Of a stretch of 64,000 nt of DNA, positions 13,826-28,599 are shown piece by piece (position 1 is the first letter of the stretch; every line of letters starts with the position of its first letter). The notes beneath the pieces were generated by a model, which had not been told where the DNA came from, ran no database searches, and worked only from the letters and a program-made list of their open reading frames with translations. The stretch is from Eledone cirrhosa. Taxonomy: Eukaryota. A program made the position numbers and the translations under genes. The DNA lies in contig OZ024763.1 of the NCBI GenBank assembly GCA_964016885.1, positions 5,208,001 to 5,272,000 of the forward strand, written 5' to 3'.

Positions 13826-14066
13826 AATGTCCATCTTCCATGCTAGCATGGGTTAGACAGGTCCTATTTAGGAGCAAGTTGGGTCAGGTGACTGTCTCTT
13901 GCTCATATAGGGGTGTATCTGGCTGGTTTTCTATGGCTGGATGCCCTTACTAGCGCCAACTACATTGACAGTGTGTGCTGTGTGCTTTTTGCCATGTCTT
14001 TTACATGTCCACTTTACATATTATATGCTCTTTATTAATTATTTTTGTTTCACCTTTGTTTTCCAG

Positions 14067-14202
14067 GACAAAGACTTTGAATTTGACGACAATGATGTGT
14101 TATTAATGAAAGATGCCCGGTCGAGGACTTTTGTTGATGACGAAGATGATGTTGATGGCTCTGGGGAGGGTAGTGGTACCCATGTAAGTGAATTCTATCC
14201 AG
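14067..14202 (+). CDS. HSPG2: Perlecan-like gene, exon with acidic Ser-Gly glycosaminoglycan attachment segment (domain I)
   Basis: Acceptor ttttccag at 14066. Translation DKDFEFDDNDVLLMKDARSRTFVDDEDDVDGSGEGSGTHVSEFYP. Phase-1 donor cag|gtaaga joins in frame to the SEA exon. An acidic cluster followed by SG dipeptides matches the heparan/chondroitin sulfate attachment consensus. Confidence 0.85.
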
Positions 14203-15127
14203 GTAAGATGTAATTCATTTATTCAATGGAATACAGAATGGTTTTGGTGAAGGTACATGGCTTAGTGGTAAGAGAACTGGATTCACACCCGTGAGGTTGT
14301 GAGTTTGATTCCTGGACCGGGCTATGCGTTATGTCTTTGAGCAAGACCTGAGTGGTAAACTTATTAAAATAAGCCCCATGTTTTGAATAATTTCGTTTTT
14401 TACTTTTACTAATTACTTAACATATTACACATAACTGTACCACATGTGGAATGTCATTAGTTAATTATAATTATTACTTATTAATTATTTGTGAGGACAT
14501 GTTTACTCAGCTGTAGAAATGAGATGATAGGGACTGGGTTCCCTATCATTCCACTGCAAAGTGGTCGTGGAGGTACCACGGCAAAAAAGCACCCAGCACT
14601 CACTGTAAATGAGGTTGGTGTTAGGAAGGGCATCCAGCTGTAAAACTCAAGCCAGAATCAGTTCCCGTCCCACCCTTGCAAGCAGGGAAAAGCGGACGTA
14701 AAATGAAATGATGATGATGATGATGATGTGGGTGGCTTAATGATTAAAGAACTGGATTCACAATTGTGAGGTTGTGGGTTCGATTCCCAGACCAGGCCAT
14801 GTGTTATGTCCTTAAGCAAGAAAGACACTTTATTTCATGTTGTTCTTTCTACCAGTTATGACCTGTAGATAGTATCAGTAATGGAATGACTAGTGGAAAC
14901 ATTGTTTCCTTGGTCCAATTCATTAAGTGAACGAGGCCTGGGATGTTGTTGATTGTTCAAACAAAAAAGGGTCTTCCTCTTATTTCTCTATAAGTGTTTC
15001 ATGGGGGTTTGATTAGATATGTGTTTATATGTATGTAGGTATGTTATTATTGGGTGCATTGAGGGTTAGGACCCGTCAGTCGTGTCATGGACCCGATAAC
15101 CTCCCTAATGTTGATGATCTACATGAT

Positions 15128-16528
15128 ACAAGCACCCCGTACACTCTGTAAAGTGGTTGGTCATAGGAAGAGCATGCAGCCATAGAAAGCTTTCCAAATT
15201 GAGGGCTAGGAGGACTCCTCAGTTGCGTCAAGGACCTGACAGCTCCCCCTAGTGTTGGTAATCTACATAATGAATGCACCCAGCACATGCTGGTGATAGG
15301 AAGGGCATCCAGCCATAGAAAGCTTTCCAAATTGAGGGCTAGGTGGACTCCTCAGTTGCGTCAAGGACCTGACAGCTCCCCTTAGTGTTGGTAATCTACA
15401 TAATGAATGCACCCAGCACATGCTGGTGATAGGAAGGGCATCCAGCCATAGAAAGCTTTCCAAATTCAGGGCTAGGAGGACTCCTCAGTTGTGTCAAGGA
15501 CCTGACAGCTCCCCTTAGTGTTGGTAATCTACATAATGAATGCACCCAGCACATGCTGGTGATAGGAAGGGCATCCAGCCATAGAAAGCTTTCCAAATTC
15601 AGGGCTAGGAGGACTCCTCAGTTGTGTCAAGGACCTGACAGCTCCCCTTAGTGTTGGTAATCTACATAATGAATGCACCCAGCACATGCTGGTGATAGGA
15701 AGGGCATCCAGCCATAGAAAGCTTTCCAAATTCAGGGCTAGGAGGACTCCTCAGTTGTGTCAAGGACCTGACAGCTCCCCTTAGTGTTGGTAATCTACAT
15801 AATGAATGCACCCAGCACATGCTGGTGATAGGAAGGGCATCCAGCCATAGAAAGCTTTCCAAATTCAGGGCTAGGAGGACTCCTCAGTTGTGTCAAGGAC
15901 CTGACAGCTCCCCTTAGTGTTGGTAATCTACATAATGAATGCACCCAGCACATGCTGGTGATAGGAAGGGCATCCAGCCATAGAAAGCTTTCCAAATTCA
16001 GGGCTAGGAGGACTCCTCAGTTGTGTCAAGGACCTGACAGCTCCCCTTAGTGTTGGTAATCTACATAATGAATGCACCCAGCACATGCTGGTGATAGGAA
16101 GGGCATCCAGCCATAGAAAGCTTTCCAAATTGAGGGCTAGGTGGACTCCTCAGTTGTGTCAAGGACCTGACAGCTCCCCCTAGTGTTGGTAATCTACATA
16201 ATGAATGCACCCAGCACATGCTGGTGATAGGAAGGGCATCCAGCCATAGAAAGCTTTCCAAATTGAGGGCTAGGTGGACTCCTCAGTTGTGTCAAGGACC
16301 TGACAGCTCCCCCTAGTGTTGGTAATCTACATAATGAATGCACCCAGCACATGCTGGTGATAGGAAGGGCATCCAGCCATAGAAAGCTTTCCAAATTGAG
16401 GGCTAGGTGGACTCCTCAGTTGTGTCAAGGACCTGACAGCTCCCCCTAGTGTTGGTAATCTACATAATGAATGCACCCAGCACATGCTGGTGATAGGAAG
16501 GGCATCCAGCCATAGAAAGCTTTCCAAA
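15128..16528. repeat. 133-bp tandem repeat, about 10.5 copies
   Basis: ORF-track ORFs recur every 133 nt. The unit contains the SINE-A segment GCACCCAGCAC...AGGAAGGGCATCCAGCCATAGAAA. Confidence 0.95.
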
Positions 16529-16729
16529 CAAAGGGTTGTAAGGACCATTCAGTTTGTGTCTAAGACATGACAACCTCTCCTGTGCACTTGGTAGAATGAG
16601 AGGCCATATGTAAGCGAGATGCACATTGTTGGGCTGTCCAGGAGATCAGTAGTCACCGCTTCAGTAATGACTTCATCTGTTTCTACCTGTCTCACCCTTG
16701 CTGGCAGGGAAAGTGGACATTAAAATGAC

Positions 16730-17385
<656 letters not shown>

Positions 17386-17417
17386 ACATTTCAAGGTCAA
17401 GGCCAAGTTTAGGTTCA

Positions 17418-17605
17418 AGGTGGATTGGCAGTATCAGTAGAGGGTCGGACGCCATGCTTTGACGCAAAGAGTTATGTCCCTTTACGATCTGAGTTCAAAT
17501 CCCGCCGAGGTTAACTTTGCCTTTCATCCTTACAGGGTCGATAAAATAAAGTACCAGTAATACACTAGGATAATTGCTGGCCTTGTGCCTAAAGTTGAAA
17601 CAATT
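17418..17605 (+). mobile_element. SINE family B
   Basis: Match to 2918-3101. Confidence 0.82.
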
Positions 17606-17728
17606 AATATTTCATTTTCATCGTCACATTTCATTTTTTTTTTTTTTTTAAATTAAGGGCAACAAAGAAATAAACAAATAAACATCTAACTGATCCCGTT
17701 CATTCTTCTTCCTTTCCCCTTTTTGCAG

Positions 17729-17894
17729 ACTTTTACCGGATAAAACTGAAGCTCCTGTACCTTCCGAACGTGAACCAACTGCAGGACAGTTCCAGTCGGG
17801 AGTTCCAACGTATTTCCCGACAGATTCAAGCGTTTATGTCATCTCTCTACAACAACACAGTCAGGGTGAATGTCATCAACTTTGAGGCCTCTGA
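17729..17894 (+). CDS. HSPG2: Perlecan-like gene, SEA domain N-terminal half
   Basis: Strong pyrimidine tract and tgcag acceptor. Translation (D)FYRIKLKLLYLPNVNQLQDSSSREFQRISRQIQAFMSSLYNNTVRVNVINFEAS. Donor ga|gtaagt (phase 2). QLxDxxSREF is the SEA signature, like recalled human perlecan QLEDAGSREF. Not in the ORF track. Confidence 0.88.
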
Positions 17895-17907
17895 GTAAGT
17901 TTTCCTT

Positions 17908-17941
<34 letters not shown>

Positions 17942-18488
17942 CTTCTTATTCATTTCTCTCTTTCTCCCTCTCTCTCTCTCTCTCTCTCTTCTTATCCATT
18001 TCTCTCTTTCTCCCTCTCTCTCTTGCTTCTTATCCATTTCTCTCTTTCTCCCTCTCTCTCTCTCTATTTCTCTCTCTCTCTTGCTTCTTATCCATTTCTC
18101 TCTTTCTCCCTCTCTCTCTCTATTTCTCTCTCTTGCTTCTTATCCATTTCTCTCTCTCTCTCTCTCTTGCTTCTTATCCATTTCTCTCTTTCTCCCTCTC
18201 TCTCTCCATATAATCTCCCCCTCTCTCTCATTCAAATCCCACAGAGGTTAACTTTGCCTTTCATCCTTAAGCGGGTTGATAAAATAAAGTACCAGTAATG
18301 TACTGGGATCGATTTAATCGTCTTTTCCCCTTCCCTCCCCTAAAATTGTTGGCCTTGTGCCTAAATCATAAACTATCATCAGTTTATTCTCTATAAATGC
18401 TGTTGTTCGTTTAGTCTTGTTATTCTTAATATAACCCTTATCGGAATTAGTTAAATACTTAACTTCCTGTGTTGTTTCACCATTTCAG

Positions 18489-18637
18489 CCGGGGAGCCTA
18501 CGTTTCCATGGACTTAGGGACTAGTGTCGTCTATCCAGTGGATATTATAGAAAACACTCTCAGACGACAACTCACTCAAGGGCGACTAGGAAACTTCAGT
18601 GTGTCCGCAGAAAATTTTAGTTTCAGTTCACTTGGAG
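18489..18637 (+). CDS. HSPG2: Perlecan-like gene, SEA domain C-terminal half
   Basis: Acceptor tttcag, phase 2 as required. Translation (D)RGAYVSMDLGTSVVYPVDIIENTLRRQLTQGRLGNFSVSAENFSFSSLG. Donor gag|gtatat (phase 1). The ending resembles recalled human perlecan SPQGFQFRRLG. Confidence 0.87.
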
Positions 18638-18795
18638 GTATATATTATATTATATTATATTATATTCTGAATATATATAACTAAGTAAATATATATATAT
18701 ATATATATATGTATAAATATATATGTATATATGAATATAAATATATATGTATATATATCTATACATATGTAAATATATACATATCTATACATATG

Positions 18796-18837
<42 letters not shown>

Positions 18838-18913
18838 TATATGTATATATGAATATAAATATATATGTATATATATCTATACATATGTAAATATATCTAT
18901 ATCTATACATATG

Positions 18914-18990
<77 letters not shown>

Positions 18991-19411
18991 ATAATAGATA
19001 CAAAGACAAAAAAATCCAGGAGGACTCAATTATTGTTTATTTATAAGTATATATATATGCAGATATACATACATACACACACACACATACACACGTACAC
19101 ACACACACGTACACACACACACACACATACACACACACATACACACATGACACATAATATACTTTAATCTATGTATTCACAGTTTCAGTTATCTGTGCAT
19201 TACTATTGGGTTTCAGCCCCTAACCTTCGAAATTAGGGCTAAGACACTAGCTTGAGGGAGAGAAGGGTCTCTTCTCTGAAGACCTCCTGCTGTCCAGCTT
19301 TTCTGAGAGTTTCTTACCCAGGGTTTCATTGGAAGTGTTTGTTTTATTGATGTCTATCGAAACCTATGGTAAAGCATGGATAAATAAAACTGTTAATACA
19401 TACATAGATAC

Positions 19412-19894
<483 letters not shown>

Positions 19895-20661
19895 ATGTAT
19901 TTGTACTATTTTTTTATTATATCGTTTTATCTATTTGTATTTTGGTTTGTTGCTTTCTTCACACAATATGTGTATGTGTTTTATACATACATAAATACAA
20001 GCACACACACCAACATACATACATCTGTATACACAACTTTTTTGCGATTCTGTTGTTTTTAGTTGACTAAATATTGTTTTTGTTTTCCAATAACAAATTA
20101 AAAGCATGACCAATGTGTTTCTTCTCTCTGGAATGGCCATCTTTGTCACTCTCTCTTAACTAACAACATAGCAGCGCCATCTAGTAGTAGATTTAACGAA
20201 GGGGTGGGTGGGTGGTCTGGAATAGAGAAGAGGCCTTACCCCCCTCTTCTACGCACTGCTTATTTCAAATTTAACTTTTTGTGCACTTTTGGAGTTATAC
20301 AATAACCAACACCCTCGTCTGGTGTATAAGACGCACCCTTGCACCCTTATTTTGAAAAAAAAAAATAATTGTTTGGGAAATAAACTTGTTTTATGGAAAT
20401 TTCGTGAATTATCAAAACATTGGTTAACATGAAATCTTAAAATGTGGAAGTCCCAAATCTCTTTATATAAATTTCCGGGATTCTGTCACAAGAAAAGAGA
20501 GCGGAGTAATTTGACTACCTCATACTACTCCTCTCTCTTTACACCTACGTGGATGTATGTATGTGTAAAAGGAAGGGGAAGCATGTCTGTGTTTGCATGT
20601 TTATATTTATATACTCATACATATAAATGTATGCATATGCACATGCACACATGCACCGTTA

Positions 20662-20953
20662 TATACCATATTCCCGAGATCCATGGATGAGTTCTCTCCA
20701 GCGGTCTCTGTCCCTCATTATCGCTGCCATGTCCTGCGTCTCCCAGAGACCAGTGTCTGTCCTTAGGGCATCAACATATGTTAACCTCGGTCTCCCTCTT
20801 CCAGTGTATCCATGTAGGGGCTCCCACAAGAGCACTGAGTGTAGTGTCAACTCTGGATGTCAGTGAGCATGTCCAGCTAATCTCAGTCTCCTCTGTCACT
20901 TTTGAGGTGACTTTTGGGAGGCTCCCATACAGCTCTGAGTTCTTAATCCTCAG
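20662..20953 (-). mobile_element. RTE-type LINE 3' fragment (disabled)
   Basis: Frameshifted translation ...NSELYGSLPKVTSKV/RLRLAGH...VLLWEPLHGYTGRGRPRLTYVDALRTDTGL...MRDRDRWRELI, a typical non-LTR RT C-terminal tail. Confidence 0.75.
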
Positions 20954-20958
20954 TATAT

Positions 20959-21018
<60 letters not shown>

Positions 21019-21235
21019 GCATATATGTATTTATAGTTTACAAAAGATCGTTTTCGAACAGCTAAACACTTAGGTGAAGATATTATTACAGCTGATAATA
21101 TGAGATTTATTACAGTAAACTATTCAGAAGATTACATACAATTGTGTTTGAGTTGTATGAAATCCTTATTTGAAGGTGTTTAAGTAAACTCATAGAGCAA
21201 ATATTTCCTTTTGGTCTTATTTATCATTGTTATAT

Positions 21236-21289
<54 letters not shown>

Positions 21290-21329
21290 GATATTAAATA
21301 AATGGAAACTATATTTATAAAACCATATT

Positions 21330-21395
21330 TATTTCATTATATATATTTCAGGGATATCATATTAACAATATGTTATGCCTTCCTCAGACAAAATA
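21330..21395 (-). ncRNA. Type I hammerhead ribozyme-like motif
   Basis: Minus strand reads TATTTTGT CTGAGGA AGG...CCT GAAAT ATAT ATA ATGAAATA. It lies in a TA-flanked fragment with an inverted terminal segment (21287-21309 vs 21454-21476). Confidence 0.6.
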
Positions 21396-22033
21396 CAATA
21401 TAGACAGTTTTATAGATAAATAGATTTGACATACCGTTCAACATCGACTTGTAGTTTCCATTTATTTAATATCGTAAATATACTCCAAATACTTGTTGAG
21501 TGCTTTTATATCAGTTATAAATATTTACTAGTTGTAACCCAACAATTTAAATATAACCCTCCATGTATATATATATATATATATATATAGTAATAATAAT
21601 AAATTTGAAGACTAAAATCCAAAGAGGGCTCGATAAGGATAAATATATATCAAATATATAAGAACCGTAGAGCAAATATTTATTAAGATCCCGTTAAGGG
21701 TGAAAGCAGCGATTCTTTACTTAAACTTTAATCTGTTATTTTAATAAATATATATATATATATATATATAAAGAAAATGATAAAGCAAAGGTACAAAAAG
21801 TCTTATTAGTTTCACACTTTATATGGAAAAGGGGAAAGAAAGTTTGACGTGTTGGGCTTTAGTCCTTCTTCAGGAGTACGAAAAAAGAGACAGGATCATT
21901 AAGGATAGATACAGAAAATAAAAAAGTAGTCAAAATAAAAAACAAAAACAAAAACTTCTTTTTCTGTCTTTAAGTGTCTTCACCCTATTTTATAAATTAT
22001 TTTATAACATGTCCCATCAGGAGCACTCCGATC

Positions 22034-22094
22034 TGAGTGAGTGTCACTGATGAATGATTAATAAAGCTTGAAACAACACTGTCTGACATACTCA
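22034..22094 (+). ncRNA. Type I hammerhead ribozyme-like motif (weak stem II)
   Basis: TGTCA CTGATGA (22047) ... GAAAC (22070) AACACT GTC (22081) TGACA. Stem I TGTCA/TGACA. Confidence 0.5.
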
Positions 22095-23481
22095 AAATAT
22101 ATTGGCAACTCGGTGATATATTCATAGAAAAAATAAAACTCTTTACATTTTGTTTAATTTCATTTTATTATGAGACAACGAAGCTACCCAAAAGTTTATT
22201 GTATATAAACAAATTATACATGTTTTCATATATATATATATATATATATATATTCACATACACACACACGATGGATGATTTACATAACGTTGAGTGCTTT
22301 AATTCATTGCATCATCGTTTACTAACCAGAATCACCTGTTCTACACATTGGTAAACAATATAACATAAATGGTATATATATATATATACACACACACACA
22401 TATAAGTACTTGATATTACTGTGGTGCTCTCAAGAATAATCCAATATCCTTTAACAACACTTATATATCCCCCACCACCTCCCACTTCCAATAATTCCAA
22501 TAATTCCTGAGTGGTAAACTTATTAAAATAAGCACCATCTTTTGCATAGTTTCACTTTTTCACTTGTACTAATTACTTAACATATTACACTTAACTGTAG
22601 CATATGTGGAATGCCTGTGTGTCATTAGTTAATTATAATTATTATTTATTAATTATTTGTGAGGTTATGTGGGTGGCTTAGTGGTTAGAGAATTGCATTC
22701 GCAATTGTGAGGTTGTGGGTTCGATTCCCAGACCAGGCTATGTGTAATGTCTTTAAGCATGACAGTCTAAAAGATAATATTTTAGTAAAGATCTTCAAAT
22801 TTATGTGGAATGTCTGTGCGTCATTCCTTAATTATAATTATGACTTATTAATTATTAGTGAGGTAATGTGGGTGGCTTAATGGTTAGAGAACTGGATTTG
22901 CAATCGTGAGGTTGTGGGTTTGAACCCCAGACCTGGCAAGACACAGTCCAAGAGATGATATTTTACTAAAGACCTTTAAAATTAATCAAGCATATAAAGA
23001 GGGGTTGACCCCGAGCAAGATGGTTGGATAACATCCATGAGCTTGGCTGCTTGTGCTTGAGGATCCAGCCTGATCAGTTGGTAATCATTGCTTCTGAAAA
23101 GAAGGCATAACTGGAGGACTCTGCTCACCAGCAGGAGACCCAGGGGTAGACCCCGAGCAAGATAGTTTAAAAAACATCCATGAACTTCGCTGGTTGCACT
23201 TGAGGATCCAGCTCGATCTTTTGGGGACAATTGCTTCTGTCAGGACCTGCTGGAAGGAGTGTTTGAAGAAGAAGATAAACTTTGTATTTCATCATCACCA
23301 TCATCATCATCGATTATTGTCTGTCTTCCACGCTAACATGGGTTAGATGGGTTTGTCCCATTTAGAGGCAAGTTGGGTCGGGTGACCGTGTCTTGCTCAT
23401 ATAGGAGAGTTTCTTGTTGGCTTTCGACGGCTGGATGCCCTTCCTAATGCCAAAATTTAGGCGCCAATTTCATTAGACATA

Positions 23482-24910
23482 TTTGTTATAAAATTGGTGA
23501 AATAGAAGTGAAATAACTCAATAGCAAAGACCTTTACAATTGTCTAATGTATTTATATAATCTTATAAAGTTTGTTATAAAATTGGTGAAATAGAAGTGA
23601 AATAACTCAATAGCAAAGACCTTTACAATTGTCTAATGTATTTATATAATCTTATAAAGTTTGTTATAAAATTGGTGAAATAGAAGTGAAATAACTCAAT
23701 AGCAAAGACCTTTACAATTGTCTAATGTATTTATATAATCTTATAAAGTTTGTTATAAAATTGGTGAAATAGAAGTGAAATAACTCAATAGCAAAGACCT
23801 TTACAATTGTCTAATGTATTTATATAATCTTATAAAGTTTGTTATAAAATTGGTGAAATAGAAGTGAAATAACTCAATAGCAAAGACCTTTACAATTGTC
23901 TAATGTATTTATATAATCTTATAATGTTTGTTATAAAATTGGTGAAATAGAAGTGAAATAACTCAATAGCAAAGACCTTTACAATTGTCTAATGTATTTA
24001 TATAATCTTATAAAGTTTGTTATAAAATTGGTGAAATAGAAGTGAAATAACTCAATAGCAAAGACCTTTACAATTGTCTAATGTATTTATATAATCTTAT
24101 AAAGTTTGTTATAAAATTGGTGAAATAGAAGTGAAATAACTCAATAGCAAAGACCTTTACAATTGTCTAATGTATTTATATAATCTTATAAAGTTTGTTA
24201 TAAAATTGGTGAAATAGAAGTGAAATAACTCAATAGCAAAGACCTTTACAATTGTCTAATGTATTTATATAATCTTATAAAGTTTGTTATAAAATTGGTG
24301 AAATAGAAGTGAAATAACTCAATAGCAAAGACCTTTACAATTGTCTAATGTATTTATATAATCTTATAAAGTTTGTTATAAAATTGGTGAAATAGAAGTG
24401 AAATAACTCAATAGCAAAGACCTTTACAATTGTCTAATGTATTTATATAATCTTATAAAGTTTGTTATAAAATTGGTGAAATAGAAGTGAAATAACTCAA
24501 TAGCAAAGACCTTTACAATTGTCTAATGTATTTATATAATCTTATAAAGTTTGTTATAAAATTGGTGAAATAGAAGTGAAATAACTCAATAGCAAAGACC
24601 TTTACAATTGTCTAATGTATTTATATAATCTTATAATGTTTGTTATAAAATTGGTGAAATAGAAGTGAAATAACTCAATAGCAAAGACCTTTACAATTGT
24701 CTAATGTATTTATATAATCTTATAAAGTTTGTTATAAAATTGGTGAAATAGAAGTGAAATAACTCAATAGCAAAGACCTTTACAATTGTCTAATGTATTT
24801 ATATAATCTTATAAAGTTTGTTATAAAATTGGTGAAATAGAAGTGAAATAACTCAATAGCAAAGACCTTTACAATTGTCTAATGTATTTATATAATCTTA
24901 TAAAGTTTGT
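23482..24910. repeat. 89-bp tandem repeat, 16 near-identical copies
   Basis: Unit TTTGTTATAAAATTGGTGAAATAGAAGTG...TCTTATAAAG starts at 23482, 23571, 23660 and so on to 24817. Confidence 0.95.
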
Positions 24911-25094
24911 GAAGGCTGAGTGGTTAGAGAATTGGATTTGCAATTGTGAGGTAGCAAGTTCGATACCTGGACCAGGTGATATATTATGTCCTTAAGCAAG
25001 TTACTTTATTTCATGTTGCTTCTTCAAGAAGTTGTGACCGGGAGATAGTAATAGCAATTGGAAAGACCAATGGCAACATTGGCAAAAGAATGCA

Positions 25095-25231
25095 TGTGTG
25101 TATGTATATATATATGTGTGTATGTATGTGTGTGTGTGTGTGTGTGTGTATTATATATATGTATGTACGTGTGTGTGTGTATGTATGTGTATGTATGTGT
25201 ATGTGTGTGTATGTGTATGTATGTGTGTGTG

Positions 25232-25262
<31 letters not shown>

Positions 25263-25752
25263 GTGTGTGTGTATATATATATATGTATGTGTATGTATGT
25301 GTGTGTGTGTATGTATGTGTATGTGTGTGTATGTATGTGTGTGTATATATATGTATGTATGTGTATGTATGTGTGTGTCTTCATGTCTGTCTGTGCGTAT
25401 ATTTGTGTGAGTGTGTATGTGAGAGAGAGAAAATGGAGACAAACTGACAGAGAGAGAGACAGTGTGCAAGAGGGAGTGAGAGATATACCGATAGACAGAG
25501 ATGGACAGACAGACAGACAGACGGAGAGGAGAGAGAGAGAGCCAGGCAGACTGTGAGAGAGTGTGTGATAGAGAGACAGAGAGACAGCTGGAGAGAGAGA
25601 GAGAGTGTGTGATAGAGAGACAGAAAGACAGCTGGAGAGAGAGAGAGAGAGTGTGTGATAGAGAGACAGAGAGACGGCTGGAGAGAGAGAGAGTGTGTGT
25701 GATAGAGAGACAGAGAGAGAGAGAGTGTGTGATAGAGAGACAGAAAGACAGC

Positions 25753-25791
<39 letters not shown>

Positions 25792-25890
25792 TGTGTGATA
25801 GAGAGACAGAGAGACGGCTGGAGAGAGAGAGAGTGTGTGTGATAGAGAGACAGAGAGAGAGAGTGTGTGATAGAGAGACAGAAAGACAGC

Positions 25891-25923
<33 letters not shown>

Positions 25924-26090
25924 TGTGATAGAGAGACAGAAAGACAGCTAGAGAGAGAGAGAGAGAGAGAGAGAGTGTGTGTGATAGAGAGACAGAGAGA
26001 GAGAGTGTGTGATAGAGAGACAGAAAGACAGCTGGAGAGAGAGAGAGAGACAGAGAGAGAGAGTGTGTGATAGAGAGACAGAAAGACAGC

Positions 26091-26131
<41 letters not shown>

Positions 26132-28049
26132 TGTGTGTGTGATAGAGAGACAGAGAGACGGCTGGAACCAGATCTAATGAAATAAACACAAAACTTTAAC
26201 AGAAATGATATAAATATATAATTTCTATTCTAAAATTTCCACTGTTTGATTTATTTAACTGCATCCAACTCTGTAGTTATTGTGGATGGTTAAACTGATA
26301 TGGGATTGTCTGTAGTTATTGTGGATGACTAAACTGATATGGAGTTCTCTTCCTTCCTCTCTTTCTTTCTCCTTTCCTCTCTCCTCCATCTCTAACAAGT
26401 GATGTTTTGTAGTTTCTTTGGCAATTTTGTCATTTTTTTAGTTTGATTTTTAACAGCTTTGGATGTAACTCTCTCTCTCTCTTGATGTTACTCTCTCTCT
26501 CTTTGGATGTAACTCTTTCTCTCTCTCTGGATGTAACTCTCTCTTGATATTACTCTCTCTCTCTCTATCTGGATGTAACTCTCTCTTGATGTTACTCTCT
26601 CTCTCTCTATCTGGATGTAACTCTCTTGATGTTACTCTCTCTCTCTTTGGATGTAACTCTCTCTCTCTCTGGATGTAACTCTCTCTTGATGTTACTCTCT
26701 CTCTCTTTGGATGTAACTCTCTCTCTCTTTGGATGTAACTCTCTCTCTCTCTCTCTCTGGATGTAACTCTCTCTTGATGTTACTCTCTCTCTCTTTGGAT
26801 GTAACTCTCTCTCTCTCTCTCTGGATGTAACTCTCTCTCTCTCTCTTGACGTTACCTTCTCTCATTGGATGTAACTCTCTCTATTTCTCTCTCTCTCTTT
26901 GGATGTAATTCTCTCTTTTTCTTTCTCTCTCTCTTTCTCTTCTTTGGATGTAACTCTTTTCTTTCTCTGTCTTTCTTTATTCTCTCTCTCTCTCTCTCCT
27001 GGTGTGTCTTATATACTTCCCCCTCTCTCTCTCTCTCCTAGTGTGTTTATATACCCCCTCTCTCTCTCTCCTTGTGTGTCTTATACACTCCCCCTCTCAC
27101 TCTCTCCTTGTCTGTCTTATATACCCCCCCCCCTCTTTCTCCTTGTGCGTGAAATATCTTCTCTTCTCACTTTTTCATCTCACCATCTTCCTAACCACAG
27201 ATCTGAGATGCTCTTGCTGTTTTCCTCCATTTTATCAACTGATGCTAATCTCACTGACGACAAATTGTTAAACTAGAAATAATTATTTTGATTAAACTTC
27301 ATTTTTATATTGGTTTTAGTTTGTTAGTTGTTGTTGTTTTGTCTTTAATGAGTTGAGGTGAATAACCCAACTAAACTTAAGTACCTGTATATGTTACTGT
27401 TGTAACTAATTATATATATACATATTCATATATATATATGTGAGTGTATATATATATATATATAATATAATATGATACATTATATAATATATTATATAAT
27501 ATATTTTATAATATATTATACATTAATACATTATATAATGCATTATATAATATATTATATTATATAATGTATTATATAATGTATTCTGTTATATAGTGTA
27601 TTATAATATATATATATATAATATATATATATAATATTATATATATAATATTATATATATATATATATAATATTATATATATATATATATAATATTATAT
27701 ATATATATATAATATTATATATATATATATATAATATTATATATATATAATATTATATATATATATATATAATATTATATATATATAATATTATATATAT
27801 AATAATATATATTATATATATAATAATATATATTATATATATAATAATATATTATATATATATATAATATATTATATATATATATAATATATTATATATA
27901 TATATAATATATTATATATATATATAATATATTATATATATATATAATATATTATATATATATATAATATATTATATATATATATAATATTATATATATA
28001 TATATTATATATATATATATATATTATATATATATATATATTATATATA

Positions 28050-28095
<46 letters not shown>

Positions 28096-28400
28096 ATATA
28101 TTATATATATTATATGTATATATATTATATGAATATATAATATATTATATGTATATATATTATATGAATATATAATATATTATATGTATATATATTATAT
28201 GTATATATATTATATGTATATATATTATATGTATATATAATATATTATATGTATATATATTATATGTATATATATTATATGTATATATAATATATTATAT
28301 GTATATATATTATATGTATATATAATATATTATATATATAATATATTATATATATTATATGCTTATATAATATATTATATATATATTATATATATAATGT
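25095..28400. repeat. Block of successive simple repeats: (TG/TA)n, (GA)n-based units, GATGTAACTCTCTC units, (TA/TAAT)n
   Basis: Direct inspection: 25095-25380, 25430-26160, 26460-27170 and 27410-28400. Confidence 0.9.
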
Positions 28401-28599
28401 ATACCACTGTTATTTCAACATTTGTTGTCCACTCATCACTTTGGTTGTGCATGCCAATACATCTTGTGTGCATGGCGTCTTCTATCTGCATGGTATGTTA
28501 TTCTTTCAGTAGTCTGTCGACTAACATGGTAACCCTCAATAAAACTACACCAAAAGAAAACAAAAGAGGATGAAAGAACTTAACTTTGTTTACTTCCAG

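Noticed and set aside
15085-16548. Eleven near-identical 66-81 aa ORFs resembling a tandem gene family
   Set aside because: They result from the 133-bp repeat period and overlap each other in shifting frames.
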